DNA from: Selaginella moellendorffii
Taxonomy: Eukaryota > Plantae > Lycopodiophyta
Length of the DNA: 64,000 nt
Direction of reading: 5' to 3'
Assembly (NCBI RefSeq): GCF_000143415.4
Contig: NW_003314269.1
Coordinates: 1,805,544-1,869,543, forward strand
The position numbers were made by a program, and so were the translations under genes. Positions 1-10,604 of the stretch are shown one piece after another. The first letter of the stretch is position 1. Each line of letters begins with the position of its first letter. The notes beneath the pieces are model-generated. The model was given only the letters and a program-made list of their open reading frames with translations. It did not search any database and was not told the origin of the DNA.

Positions 1-1080
1 CGTTTACGAAATGTCGAAGGCATAAATCAGGTGATATTTTAGATTTTACTTATGGGTTCTTATCGGGGTACGTGCCAGTGGCTTGTTACGGAATATGGTG
101 AAGCATTTCTCGAGTGCGTTAAGCGCATTTGTCAAGAAACCGGATTGGAACAAGACAAGGAAAGCATTGTGCAGAAGGCTGCTGCTTCTAGGACCTCGGA
201 TCGGTCTATGTTGACTCCAGCAAAGTCTGAAGCATGGAGCATGTGGCATGAAAAGAAAATGTCATTCTTTGAGATTGCGGTATGTTTTTGTTTTCCTTTC
301 GAAATTTTTGTGATTGAATTTATTTCTGCTATGAACAGAATCTTCCGGAGCGTCCTAGGCCAATTAAAGAAGATACAGTTATTGAGTACATATTAGAGTG
401 CCTTCGTGCTGGATGCGAAGCTGATTGGAGTCGCTTCTTCGACGAGACAGGCATGACTACTTGCATTAGAGAACAGATTCGAGCTGCAATTGGTAAAGTG
501 GGATCGAGAGAGAAGATGAAACCTCTGAAAGAGAATCTACCAGAAACGGTAAGCACTGTGTCTTCCATTTCTTGTAACATTTCTTTTTGTTCTTTGAAAG
601 CAGGTCTCTTATGCTCATATCAAAATCTATTTACTTGCGGAAGAACTAGGAGTGGATTTGGGCCTTAGTCCTAACGTGGATACTCAAGACCGCAATGTCG
701 AGGTTATAGATCTCGATGAAGAACCGCGCAACGAATCCATAGACCGTCCTCCATGGCTCGACATTCGTACTAAAACTTCGACAAAGCCGAGACGTTTAGA
801 CGTGGAGGAACTGGCGAATGGCGAGTGCAAGAAGATGCGCACTGCCGAAAGCAGGCAAGCGACGGACGAAGGTATAATGGAGTGGCTCCTTTCACGTGAT
901 GGGGTATGTCAGTTGTAAAAAAAACGCTCGTGGTTTTTTAACTATTCTGTGTAGGCCACCCTGAAGGAAATCAGTTCCCGGTTTTCTGACACAGACGTAA
1001 GTGCCATATTGACACTTCTAAAGGGCCTGGAGGAAAGTTTTTCAATCTACGAAAAGGATGGTGTATATTGCAGAATGTAG
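1..1080 (+). CDS. 3' end of RecQ/Werner-like ATP-dependent DNA helicase (HRDC end plus C-terminal HTH), 5'-truncated by the window
   Basis: Spliced exons (1-30, 79-279, ~339-548, ~604-903, ~955-1080, GT-AG introns) give RLRNVEGINQWLVTEYGEAFL...TPAKSEAWSMWHEKKMSFFEIANLPERPRPIKEDTVIEYILE...IGKVGSREKMKPLKENLPETVSYAHIK. This matches the plant WRN-like RecQ C-terminus. Confidence 0.75.
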
Positions 1081-1557
1081 TCTATGTACAAATCGCCTTG
1101 TAAGTGTTCTCCCTGTGTAACTAAGACAGGTGCATCTACAATTTTCTTGCAACTTTTGCGACCTTGCAGTCCATGACAGAAAATCTCCGCTCCGCTCCAA
1201 AAGGTCGGTAGTCAAATTCGACTGTTAACTGACAGTCTCTGGCATTGATCCTTGCGTGTTTGTATTATTGTACAGGATGACATCAAGCTTACAACAACGT
1301 GGCAGTGCTCCCCGATATTATTTTCCGAAATGTCGGCGGCAAGGTCAACAAACGAGACGGGTCCAGAGTTAGAAACCCGTCCTTCCAGCGCCACAGATGT
1401 TTCGTCAACGAGGATGACTGTGAACAGCACAAGCCTGTCAGGATCCGACACGTGAGACGGCCTCGTTGAATAAAGTGGAGATCCTATGAGCTTTATAAGC
1501 AGGGGAGAGAGGCTGAATCTCTCCAGCTACTGCTCGAGCTAGCTCTTGCTCGAAACC

Positions 1558-3192
1558 ATGGCCGGAGGATTTGCAGCAGGTCCTGGAGGAAGCCAGCATG
1601 AAGGGAAGTTCACCGCCTACGTTGCTGTTGCCTGCCTTTTGGCAGCTACGGGAGGACTTATGTTTGGATACGATGTCGGGATCTCAGGTAAGCCTCAATT
1701 TCGCTCCTCGAAGATTTCTCGTCCCGACTGTGACCAATGGATAAAATTTCTTTCTTGGTCTTGTACAGGTGGTGTCACCTCCATGAACGATTTCCTGGGA
1801 AAGTTTTTCCCCAGCATTCTACGGAAGAAGCTGGAGCTTGCTGGAAAAGAAGGAAACTACTGCAAGTATGATGACCAGGGCCTGCAAGCGTTTACGTCGT
1901 CACTCTACCTTGCGGGTCTGGTGGCCACCTTCGCAGCCTCGTACACGACGCAGAGATTCGGTCGGAAGCCAACCATGCTGATAGCGGGACTGTTCTTCAT
2001 CGCCGGGGTGGTGTTCAACGCTGCTGCGGAGAACCTGGCCATGCTCATCATCGGCCGGATCCTTCTCGGCTGCGGCGTCGGCTTCGCCAACCAGGCCGTT
2101 CCACTCTACCTCTCCGAGATTGCTCCTACTCGTTACCGGGGCGGCCTCAACATCCTCTTCCAGCTCAACGTGACCATCGGCATCCTCATCGCCAACCTCA
2201 TCAACTATGGCACTGACAAGCTCCACCCCTGGGGCTGGCGGCTTTCACTCGGCCTGGCTGGGATCCCCGCGGTGCTGCTCACAGTCGGAAGCCTGTGCCT
2301 GTGCGAGACACCGAACAGCCTGATCGAGCGAGGACACTTCGAACGAGGCAAGACCGTGCTCCGGAGAGTGAGAGGCACAGACAACATCCACGAGGAGTTT
2401 GACGAGCTCGTGGAAGTGAGCCGGCTCGCAAAGTCGGTGGAGCATCCATACAGGAACCTCTTCTTCTCCCGAGCTTACAGGCCACAGCTCGTCATCTCCC
2501 TGGCACTCCAAATATTCCAGCAGCTCACAGGGATCAACGCCATCATGTTCTACGCGCCGGTGCTGTTCCAGACGCTGGGATTCGAGAGCGACGCTTCCCT
2601 CTACTCGGCCGCCATCACCGGGGCCGTCAACGTTGTCTCCACGGTGGTGTCCATACTCACGGTTGATCGCTTCGGCCGGAGAGTCCTCCTGCTGGAAGCC
2701 GGCGTCCAGATGTTCCTCGCACAGGTGGTGATAGCGATCATCCTGGGAACCGGGCTCAAGGAGGACGGTTCGCAGCTCTCTCACGCCGCCGCGATCGTGG
2801 TGGTGTGCATGATATGCACCTTCGTCTCGGCGTTTGCGTGGTCGTGGGGGCCGCTCGGCTGGCTCATCCCCAGCGAGATCTTCCCGCTGGAGATCCGGTC
2901 GTCGGGGCAGAGCGTGGTGGTGTGCACAAACTTGCTCTTCACTTTCGTCATCGCCCAGGCCTTCCTCTCGATGCTGTGTCATTTCAAGTACGGGATCTTC
3001 CTCTTCTTCGCCTCCTGGGTGCTGGTGATGACCACCTTCACGCTCTTCCTCATCCCAGAGACCAAAGGCATCCCCATCGAGGAGATGGTGTTCGTGTGGA
3101 GGCGGCACTGGCTGTGGAGGAGGTTCGTCCCGCCGCTGCCGCAGGAGCTCGAGGCCATCGAGATGCGCAAGAGCCACGACGCCAAAGCATGA
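1558..3192 (+). CDS. STP13: Sugar transport protein (MFS hexose/H+ symporter), STP13-like; one intron 1688-1768
   Basis: Motifs GGLMFGYDVGISGGVTSM, YCKYDDQGLQAFTSSLYLAGL, GFANQAVPLYLSEIAP, FQQLTGINAIMFYAP, WSWGPLGWLIPSEIFP, PETKG. TATA-like TTTATAAG at ~1493. Confidence 0.95.
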   Translation: MAGGFAAGPGGSQHEGKFTAYVAVACLLAATGGLMFGYDVGISGKPQFRSSKISRPDCDQWIKFLSWSCTGGVTSMNDFLGKFFPSILRKKLELAGKEGNYCKYDDQGLQAFTSSLYLAGLVATFAASYTTQRFGRKPTMLIAGLFFIAGVVFNAAAENLAMLIIGRILLGCGVGFANQAVPLYLSEIAPTRYRGGLNILFQLNVTIGILIANLINYGTDKLHPWGWRLSLGLAGIPAVLLTVGSLCLCETPNSLIERGHFERGKTVLRRVRGTDNIHEEFDELVEVSRLAKSVEHPYRNLFFSRAYRPQLVISLALQIFQQLTGINAIMFYAPVLFQTLGFESDASLYSAAITGAVNVVSTVVSILTVDRFGRRVLLLEAGVQMFLAQVVIAIILGTGLKEDGSQLSHAAAIVVVCMICTFVSAFAWSWGPLGWLIPSEIFPLEIRSSGQSVVVCTNLLFTFVIAQAFLSMLCHFKYGIFLFFASWVLVMTTFTLFLIPETKGIPIEEMVFVWRRHWLWRRFVPPLPQELEAIEMRKSHDAKA

Positions 3193-3429
3193 AGGTCCTT
3201 CATTCTTACGAAGTTTGTAGGAGCCACACGTAAGAAAGAAGATCCAGCTTGAGAGCTTCCGATGGTATATAGCACGACCATGGTTTTCCCAAATGCATGG
3301 TTCGTTTTCTCAAATGTACTCGTTCGCAGAAAGAAAACAAGATTTCGATTTTACCACCACCAAAGTCTCGGGTTTGCCGGAGATCTCTTTCGGAAAACGT
3401 CGGTAGCGTCCACCGAGGACGAGCGAGTT

Positions 3430-4820
3430 CTAGTCAGGATCACTCCTTCGAGGCCCCCGTAGAGTAACTTCTCTTCTTACAGTCGTCACGGCTTCGTCGG
3501 GATCGCTCCTCCTGGGATGCGAAGCGCATGGATTCGCCGGATTGCTGCTACACGCCTTGTAGAACCTGGGAAGCAACACCCTGCCGGGTGGCTGATCCGC
3601 AACGCAGACCACGTCCGCGTCGTTCCTCCGGGGCAGTAGCGGCGAGATGCCAGAGCAAGGAAGCCGGGTTCTAATGCCCGCCACCCCGCAGCTGGGATAG
3701 TCGTCGCCATCGCCACAGTATCTAAGAGCTCCTTGAGCGCCGTGGACACCGCCCCTGCTCGTCGTCTGGAACACTGACGGCCGCTCGTCACGCAGCAGTG
3801 GAGTGGTCTGGACGTTGTCGATCTTGTGATGGACCGCCTTGAACTTGGACATGACGAAGCGCTCCTTCTCCGGCGGGGGGTTGTACTTCTGGTAGCACGA
3901 GCCGGAGCGGACTTCCACCGTCTTGGTCGATCGGGGAGGGACGAACTGCGGCTTGATGAAACCGTGGTCGTGCTGGTGGTACTGGTTCATCTTTATCCAG
4001 TCCTCGGCATAGCTGTAAGCCATCAACTCGTCTGTTGTTTCGCCCCTGCATGGACGCGAGTGAGATCTCTACACCACCATTTTAAAGGCGAGAGGTCTAC
4101 CTTGGTAATGGCAAGCCGTAGACGTGATCGGGATTTTTCACCGACGGTAAAGGAGGAACGTTTGCCTACTAGTCGAAGATCAGGACGAGAAAGAAACAGG
4201 AGCAAAAGAACGAGCTTACAATACGTTTCTTCACTTTCAACTTGAGAGGGTGCTCTAACCTGTAGCCTCTTTGCTGGTCAGCTCGGACAACGTTCCTGCA
4301 TCAAAGGAAAAAAGCAAACCGAAACAAAGAAAGTGAGAAGCTGCTCTGCGAGAGCGAGGAAAGTTTCCACCTTATGTGTTTAATCTTGTGGAGCTGCAAG
4401 CAAGACGCTCACATTTTAGGAGCCTTCTTGTTCATGGCCCGGATGTCCTTCCCCTTGGTTGCATGAGGATTTGGGACGTGCTCGCGATGGATCATGGCTG
4501 CAAATTCTTTGCGGGAGATAAAGTCCACCGGGAAAAAAGAAAAAGAGCTGCGAAGCAAAAAAGCTTACATTCCTTGACAGTGTCTCCCCGCTCGTCGATG
4601 ATCCCGTAGCTGAACGTCTCGGGAGGAATGTCCCGGGTTGGCCTTTTTACCTGAAGAAAGCAAATCCACGAATGTAGGAAGAAAGAGAGAGAATCCATGA
4701 AATCGCTACCGCCGCAAGCCTCGGCTTGATGAGCAGCTCATTTTTGTGCGACGAATGCCTCACCACGCCCATCCTGGGGTGATCCGACTCATCGTAAGTC
4801 ATGTTACCTGGATTCGACAT
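3430..4820 (-). CDS. CFAP77: Cilia- and flagella-associated protein 77-like, 6 exons, ~344 aa
   Basis: Exons 4820-4710, 4650-4569, 4497-4413, 4295-4220, 4165-4101, 4045-3430 join in frame with GT-AG introns. MGVVRHSSHKNELLIKPRLAAVKRPTRDIPPETFSYG...KDIRAMNKKAPKMNVVRADQQRGYR...DHVYGLPLPRGETTDELMAYSYAEDW...RFVMSKFKAVHHKID aligns by eye with the animal CFAP77 blocks as recalled. Confidence 0.8.
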
Positions 4821-5332
4821 CGTGGATCTGGCGGAGGCTCCAGCGCTGGCGGCGAACGAGCGAGCTTCTCGCCCCTAAAACTGTTTCTTCTTTCTCACTC
4901 ACTCTTCCTGAGATTTTAGGAGGCGTGGTGGTCGACTGACGGAAATGTTTAAACGAGCTGACAGTATATTCTTTCATGGAATATACCGTCACCACTTTGC
5001 CGATCACAAACAAGTGGATGTGATCGTTCGTCCAAGCTGTACTGCAAGGCAGCGTTCTCTCCATCGGCCACGATCGCGCGTACGCTCCCGGCTCCCACTC
5101 CAGCGTGGCCGTATCTCTCCAAATGCAAACCGTGAGAAAGCAACTTTGTGCTGCGTGAAAGTGTTGCCCAGCTCCCATCCCATTGTCGTTGCTCCGACAA
5201 GCTTCGTGATCTCTAAGACTTTGGTTGTATTCCATCCATAAAGCACAGGATTGTACTCAAGATCTCAAGATTAAGAAGAATGTTGATCAAGTTCAGGAAT
5301 TGTCAGGAATTAAGTTCCCACGAGTGCCCAAC

Positions 5333-5408
5333 AGTTCGATGTTCAAGGTTGCAAAACAACGTAATAATGAGACTCTGGGCATCTTTTTGCAACCTTGAAC
5401 ATCTAACT
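5333..5408. repeat. Short inverted repeat / hairpin
   Basis: GATGTTCAAGGTTGCAAAA (5338-5356) and its perfect reverse complement (5385-5403), with a 28-nt loop; the stem extends 4 bp past one mismatch. Confidence 0.85.
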
Positions 5409-6654
5409 TTGATCTCATTTTCCAGAGGCTCCAGAACAGCCAGATCCCCGCTTCTTCTCTACAAGAACTGAAGATTCCTTGGCCGCGTCCATTTCACACA
5501 AACGGCTCGCCACGTCCCAAGTCTTCAAGCCCGCCTGCTGAACACCAACGATAACAACAAAACTACTCCACTTTTTGTAGCATTGCCAAATCCAAAGTCG
5601 GAGGGAACTCGTCGTATGCAAGGTGCAAGAGAATCTGGCTTGATAAACAACAAAGAACAGGGAACTCTAAACCATCAGCACACCTCATACTCGCGAACTT
5701 CAGTTTCTTTCACTAGCAAGTCTGGCGCAGACAGTATCTGCAGAAAACTCCACCGGGTCAAAATCAGAATCAAAACGGTCAACAAATATTCGGTGCTCGG
5801 TGATGGCTACCAAAGTCGAATTGTAGCGAACATGCCATTCTTCATCCTATAAAAATATCACAACAAGTCCAAACCAAACCAAACGTTGTGTATGTGTTAC
5901 CAGTGAGTTGGTCAAGGTTCTCAACGCTTTCCCGATCTTCGAAAACCTTGTCCGAGGATTCCCAATCCGAGCGTTCCACTATATAATCTCTTAAAATTTC
6001 CTGTATCAGCAGCATTGTGCGCTTGGTTTTGATGCGCGACGTCATTTGCTTCTGGATGCTGCAAAACGATTCAATGCTTACTATCGAAGAAGTGAAAGTA
6101 GGAGCTTCGACATCACAAGAGCTGGTAGAGCGATTTCGTGTGGAGAAGCGAGAGGTCATCCACATCGACTCGCGTGCAATCCATTGTGGAGAATCAATGC
6201 ACTCACAATCATGAAGCTCGTGGATCATGGAGCTCGTGGGGGACATGAAGTCACAGACAGCGTCCTTGGATCCATTTCCATCGGCGATCTCGGCATCGAC
6301 GTAGAAAAATCGCCACTGCCCAAGAGCGGCAAAAGCAAGAGGAGGATGGTTCTTCGGGTGGGCTTTGGCGTGAAGGCGATGGCGATGGCGGCCGGGAGCA
6401 TCTCTCGATGCCTCCAAGTTTAACAGGCAGAATGCGGGTGTTTTACTGTGGATTATGGCGCAGGCGATGATCCGTGGGAAGCTCACCGCGGCGCTGTTGA
6501 CGACCTGGACCGTGGCCAAGACCGGGAACGCGTTTGATCTCTCTAAATTGTGAGTGGATATTACTTTCTTATGGATGCGAGTGATCGATGATGCGTCTTG
6601 CTGCAGCAACATGGATTTGGACCTTGATAGAGGTTTTAACAAGCTAGCCTCATC

Positions 6655-7020
6655 ATTGAGTTCTCTCTTAGAGGCCAAAAGTTCTTGACCATACAGTCCG
6701 TATTTCTCTAGTCGCTGCTCAAGACAAGCTGCGTTGATCTGGCCGAGGAACGACAAGAACGCTCACACTGGATGCAAGTGAGTTCTCTTCTTTTATTGGT
6801 TTAGAGGCCAAGCTATAACCTCTTGATTGACGGTACAGTCCATGGAGATTTCTCCAGTTGCTGCTCGAGACAAGCTGCGCGTTGATCTGTCCTGCCTGGA
6901 TTCTAGGAATGACAAGAACGCTGACACTGGATCCAAAACTAAAGAAGTGAGTTCTCTTTTTTTCTTGGTTTAGAGGCCACTGATGATATAGTCCATGGAG
7001 ATTTCTCCAGTCGCTCACGA
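6655..7020. repeat. Degenerate tandem repeat, ~120-170 bp unit, about 2.5 copies
   Basis: GAGTTCTCT...TAGAGGCCA...AGTCC...GACAAGCTGCG..TTGATCTG...GACAAGAACGCT.ACACTGGAT recurs at ~6658, ~6780 and ~6948 (last copy partial). Confidence 0.75.
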
Positions 7021-8979
7021 TGGGGCGTCTGGACATCATCCTCAAGTTTCAACGCCTTGTCGAGGAGGGAGATGTTCCCATGTACATGTGTCTGAGTTAG
7101 GATGGGTTTCAAAAATTGACCGAAGGAAAGATGTAAAAGAATGTTCTGCTAATGGTTATGTGTCTCATTGAATAAGCACCAGTGGAGGCCAAGGAAGCTC
7201 CAGTACCTCTATGAAAGCGCTACTATCTCATGAAGCCTTGACAAAACAGATGTGAACAAGATGTTTTCTCCTCGCCATTAAAGTTTGATCCTCTAGTCAC
7301 CTGATCACTTGGCATCAGAAAGAAATTCTCCAGGCAATCAGCATTTTGTCGAAAGTTCAGCCTGAATACATTGTAAAGATATGACATATCAAGACACAAA
7401 AACCCACTTTTCGATACCACTGTCATCAAAAGCGCAGTCTTCGTCCTTGTCGCATGGGATTTCATCTTCGTCCATGCCTCCAAACCGCAGCAGATCTGGG
7501 TGGAGAACATAGCCAGTCAAGGTTGGGAGCATGAACCAGTGCGTCAACTTGCGGGCTTCGTTGCCCTCGTCGGCTGGGTCCATGAGCGTCGTCTTATCAT
7601 CGGCGGGAAACAAGCTCTCGTCGAAGCTATGCGATATGTAGTAGGCTGCTCCATATGACGACGCTCCTGCCGCTTGTGCTCGTCATCACCATCGCCATCC
7701 AAACCGAGGACGATCCTCCGGATAACCCGGAGGCGAAGATGCTTCTCGACTTGCCTGGGAAACACTCTCAAAGCTGACGCGTGGAAGAAACTGAGTTAGA
7801 CAAGTACATGACAAAAGGCAAGTATGTTACCGGTGTCGTAGCTTCCCAGCAGCACTCGAATCCGAGGAAAAAACTTGCACCAGGTTGTCATCTGACGGGC
7901 ACAAACAAATGATTAAAACACCATTCCAAGCAGTGAGGAAACCACATACACGTTACGTTTATGCCTGTGTATATGTTGAGCTGGGAGCCTCGCATCCATA
8001 GCCAGGTGTGTTCAATGCAGCACAAGCAAAAGAAAGAGCCTTGTAAATCCTGCACAAGCAGCAAATTAATACTTTGAAATCTCTCACCATCACAGCGTGG
8101 AAGTGGGGCATGGTTGAGTTGGGTGGCCGAGTGCACAGCAGCTCCCCGAGGAAGTCGCAAATGCGCATGGCCTCGAGGCACCGCTCCCAAGCAGAGACGC
8201 TAAGCAGGATGGGTTGGATGTTGCGAATGGGGCAATTCGCTTCCGATTGGGACCCAGGACACCCGTAGACACTGGCATCTTTTCAGCTCTCCATCACCAG
8301 TATGACAAAGAAAGGAAAAAAGGGAAAAAAAAGAGTTTATCTTACAGTTTTGCAGCACCAAACTGCTTTCCCTCTCCACGTTGAAGTAAGATGAAGACAT
8401 GAGTTAACTCTCCAAGCTGGTCATCAATCTCGGGCATCACCCCTGTATGAACTGCCGTCCAGCCGAGCTCGAAGACATGAGTCAGATTGTCCCAATAATC
8501 AAGACCAGCCCCTTCATCTGCCAGCCAGTTGCGCCATTACGGATGCTTCCGAAGGAAAGAGGTGCAAGACGCCTATGCCGAGGTCGCCATAGGCCTCCCA
8601 GCGAAGCAACGAATAATTCGCCGAGTATTCCCTGATGAGGTTGCACTGCCTCGCCTCTCCTCCACTGGTTCACCAGGTTGGGATCATCCCCATACTCTCC
8701 TATAACTCTTTGACACCACCATACCTGGCTGAAGTCTTCGGTATTTTTTCCAGACAAGCAAGGAGGGTCGCCGAGAAGCGAGCGCTCCACGTTCATGGAT
8801 GTTCTTTGTGAAGAAACAAAGCCAACTTCGCAGAGAGCTCAAGTCATCCACACTCACCGCAGAGGTTCCTCCATGTGAAGCTTCGGCTTGGTGATCAAAG
8901 CAGACATGCTCGCAAACATGGAGGGCCTCTTCCGCTACATGTTTAGCACTTAGCGCGATGAAGTCTATGGCAAGGCGCT

Positions 8980-9480
8980 GACATGGCAGCCGCTCGAAAA
9001 GCGGCGTTGGAACAAACGTTATCCGGACGCTCACAGGAGAGCGAAGCTCGCTCGAGTCAGAAACTGCTGCTCAAGCTGCTCAACGGAGGAGCTCGACGCA
9101 AAGGCATATGGTCTCACGGTGGGCATCTACGGGAGAAGGAAGGACTTCCAAAGGGTGGAGAAATGCTCCGGACGTCTCGGCCTGGACATTGATGGTGAAG
9201 AGCTTCGGATGGACGAGATCTGGAGCTATGCTTCGTCGTGCCAGCTCGAGGCGGACTTCTCGAGAGCTCTTCTTTCAGAAAGATGGAGGCTGCTTGATCA
9301 AGCGATCCAAGCCCGGGAAGGCCGAGCTTGTCAAGGCTGCCAACATCGTCTATGTATGAAGCGAAGGGGCGATGGAGTAGGCGCTGGACGAAATGGACGA
9401 TGATGTCTTGGACATCCGCACCGACAATGCCTTGATCGATGGGTGGAAGAGGAAAAGCTTGCAGAGATGTCGAGGGCGGG
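8980..9480 (+). pseudogene. Possible decayed PPR-protein fragment
   Basis: PPR-like pieces in different frames: PDVSAWTLMVKSFG, IWSYASSCQLEA, LDIRTDNALIDGW; frameshifts and stops. Confidence 0.35.
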
Positions 9481-9654
9481 GCTCAAGGCGCGAGTCACAG
9501 AGCAAGCACTCCTTGCTGCGCACGGCCGGAATGAGATATAAATCTATCTTGTTTTGATAGTCTTGTGGTGCAGAGACTAACTTGCTCTTACTGGCTCGGC
9601 CATGAGCTCTCGTGCCGCTGTCGCTTCCAGAGGCGTCTTCTCGTACCAAAAGGT

Positions 9655-10205
9655 CTGGACGTTGTCGATCTTGTGGTGGAGCGACTTTGAATTTGGACGT
9701 GACGAAGCGCTCCTCCGGCGAGGGGTTACGGAGCGGGCTTCCACTTTCTTGGTCGTCCAGGGGGGACGAACTGTCATGCTGGTGGTGTTGTTCATCTTTA
9801 TCCAGTCGTCAGCGTACTGTCATAAAATCAATAATCATAAGTCATAAAATCGTCTGTCGTTGGCCCCTGCATGGACGCGAGCTTCCAAAAGAAGAGAAGA
9901 GGTGGACCTTGGTAGCGAAAGAAACGAGCGAAAAGCATGAGCTTACAATACGTTTCTCCACTTTCATCTTGAGAGGCTCTATCCTGTAGTCTAAGTCAGC
10001 TCGGACAACTTTCCAGCATCAAAGGAAGAATCAAGCAAACGGGAGCTGCGGGAGCGAGGATTCATGTGTTTAATCTTGTGGAGATGCGAGCAAGACGCTC
10101 ACATTTTAGGAGCCTTCGTGTTCATGGCTCGGATGTCCTTCCCCTTGGTTGCATGAGGATTTGGGACGTGCTCGCGATGGATCATGGCTGCAATTCTTTG
10201 CGCGA
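9655..10205 (-). pseudogene. CFAP77: Partial, decayed duplicate of CFAP77 (exon 3 to part of exon 6, with intron remnants)
   Basis: 10066-10202 is near-identical to 4376-4513; 9655-9730 matches 3808-3888; internal deletions and frameshifts. Confidence 0.85.
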
Positions 10206-10604
10206 TATCACTACCGCTGCTCTTTCTGCAAATGTGGACTGACGGAATATACTAACGCATTGCTAGCCAAGAGCCCTAACTCTCGAATTAGGGCTCGAGC
10301 AAGGCGCGTTTGGCTGTGGAATGCCCGGTAAGGAGCGATCTCGGTGCCGCTGCCGCATTCTCGAACTGGATTTACATGTCTCGTCAGGGAGGAGGAGTCC
10401 GCCGTCTGGTGCTGCGCCTCAAATCGCGTAGGCTGCTGTGCCTGCGCCGCGGCAGATCTAGATGCGCGCTTCTGGGCAGCGGTAGAAGGTCTTGGCGCTC
10501 TCATGGTCACCTGAGAGATTACTGCTCGCCGCGCTGGTCCAACGCACACGGTACCGCCGCCGCCACGGGATTCTTCCTCTCCTTCTGAAGATTTCTCTTG
10601 TGGG

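Noticed and set aside
2245-3177. 310-aa antisense ORF over STP
   Set aside because: Shadow frame produced by GC3-rich codon usage; no recognisable protein.
5842-8900. Several 60-300 aa ORFs
   Set aside because: No recognisable motifs or consistent exon chain; probably decayed gene fragments, left uncalled.
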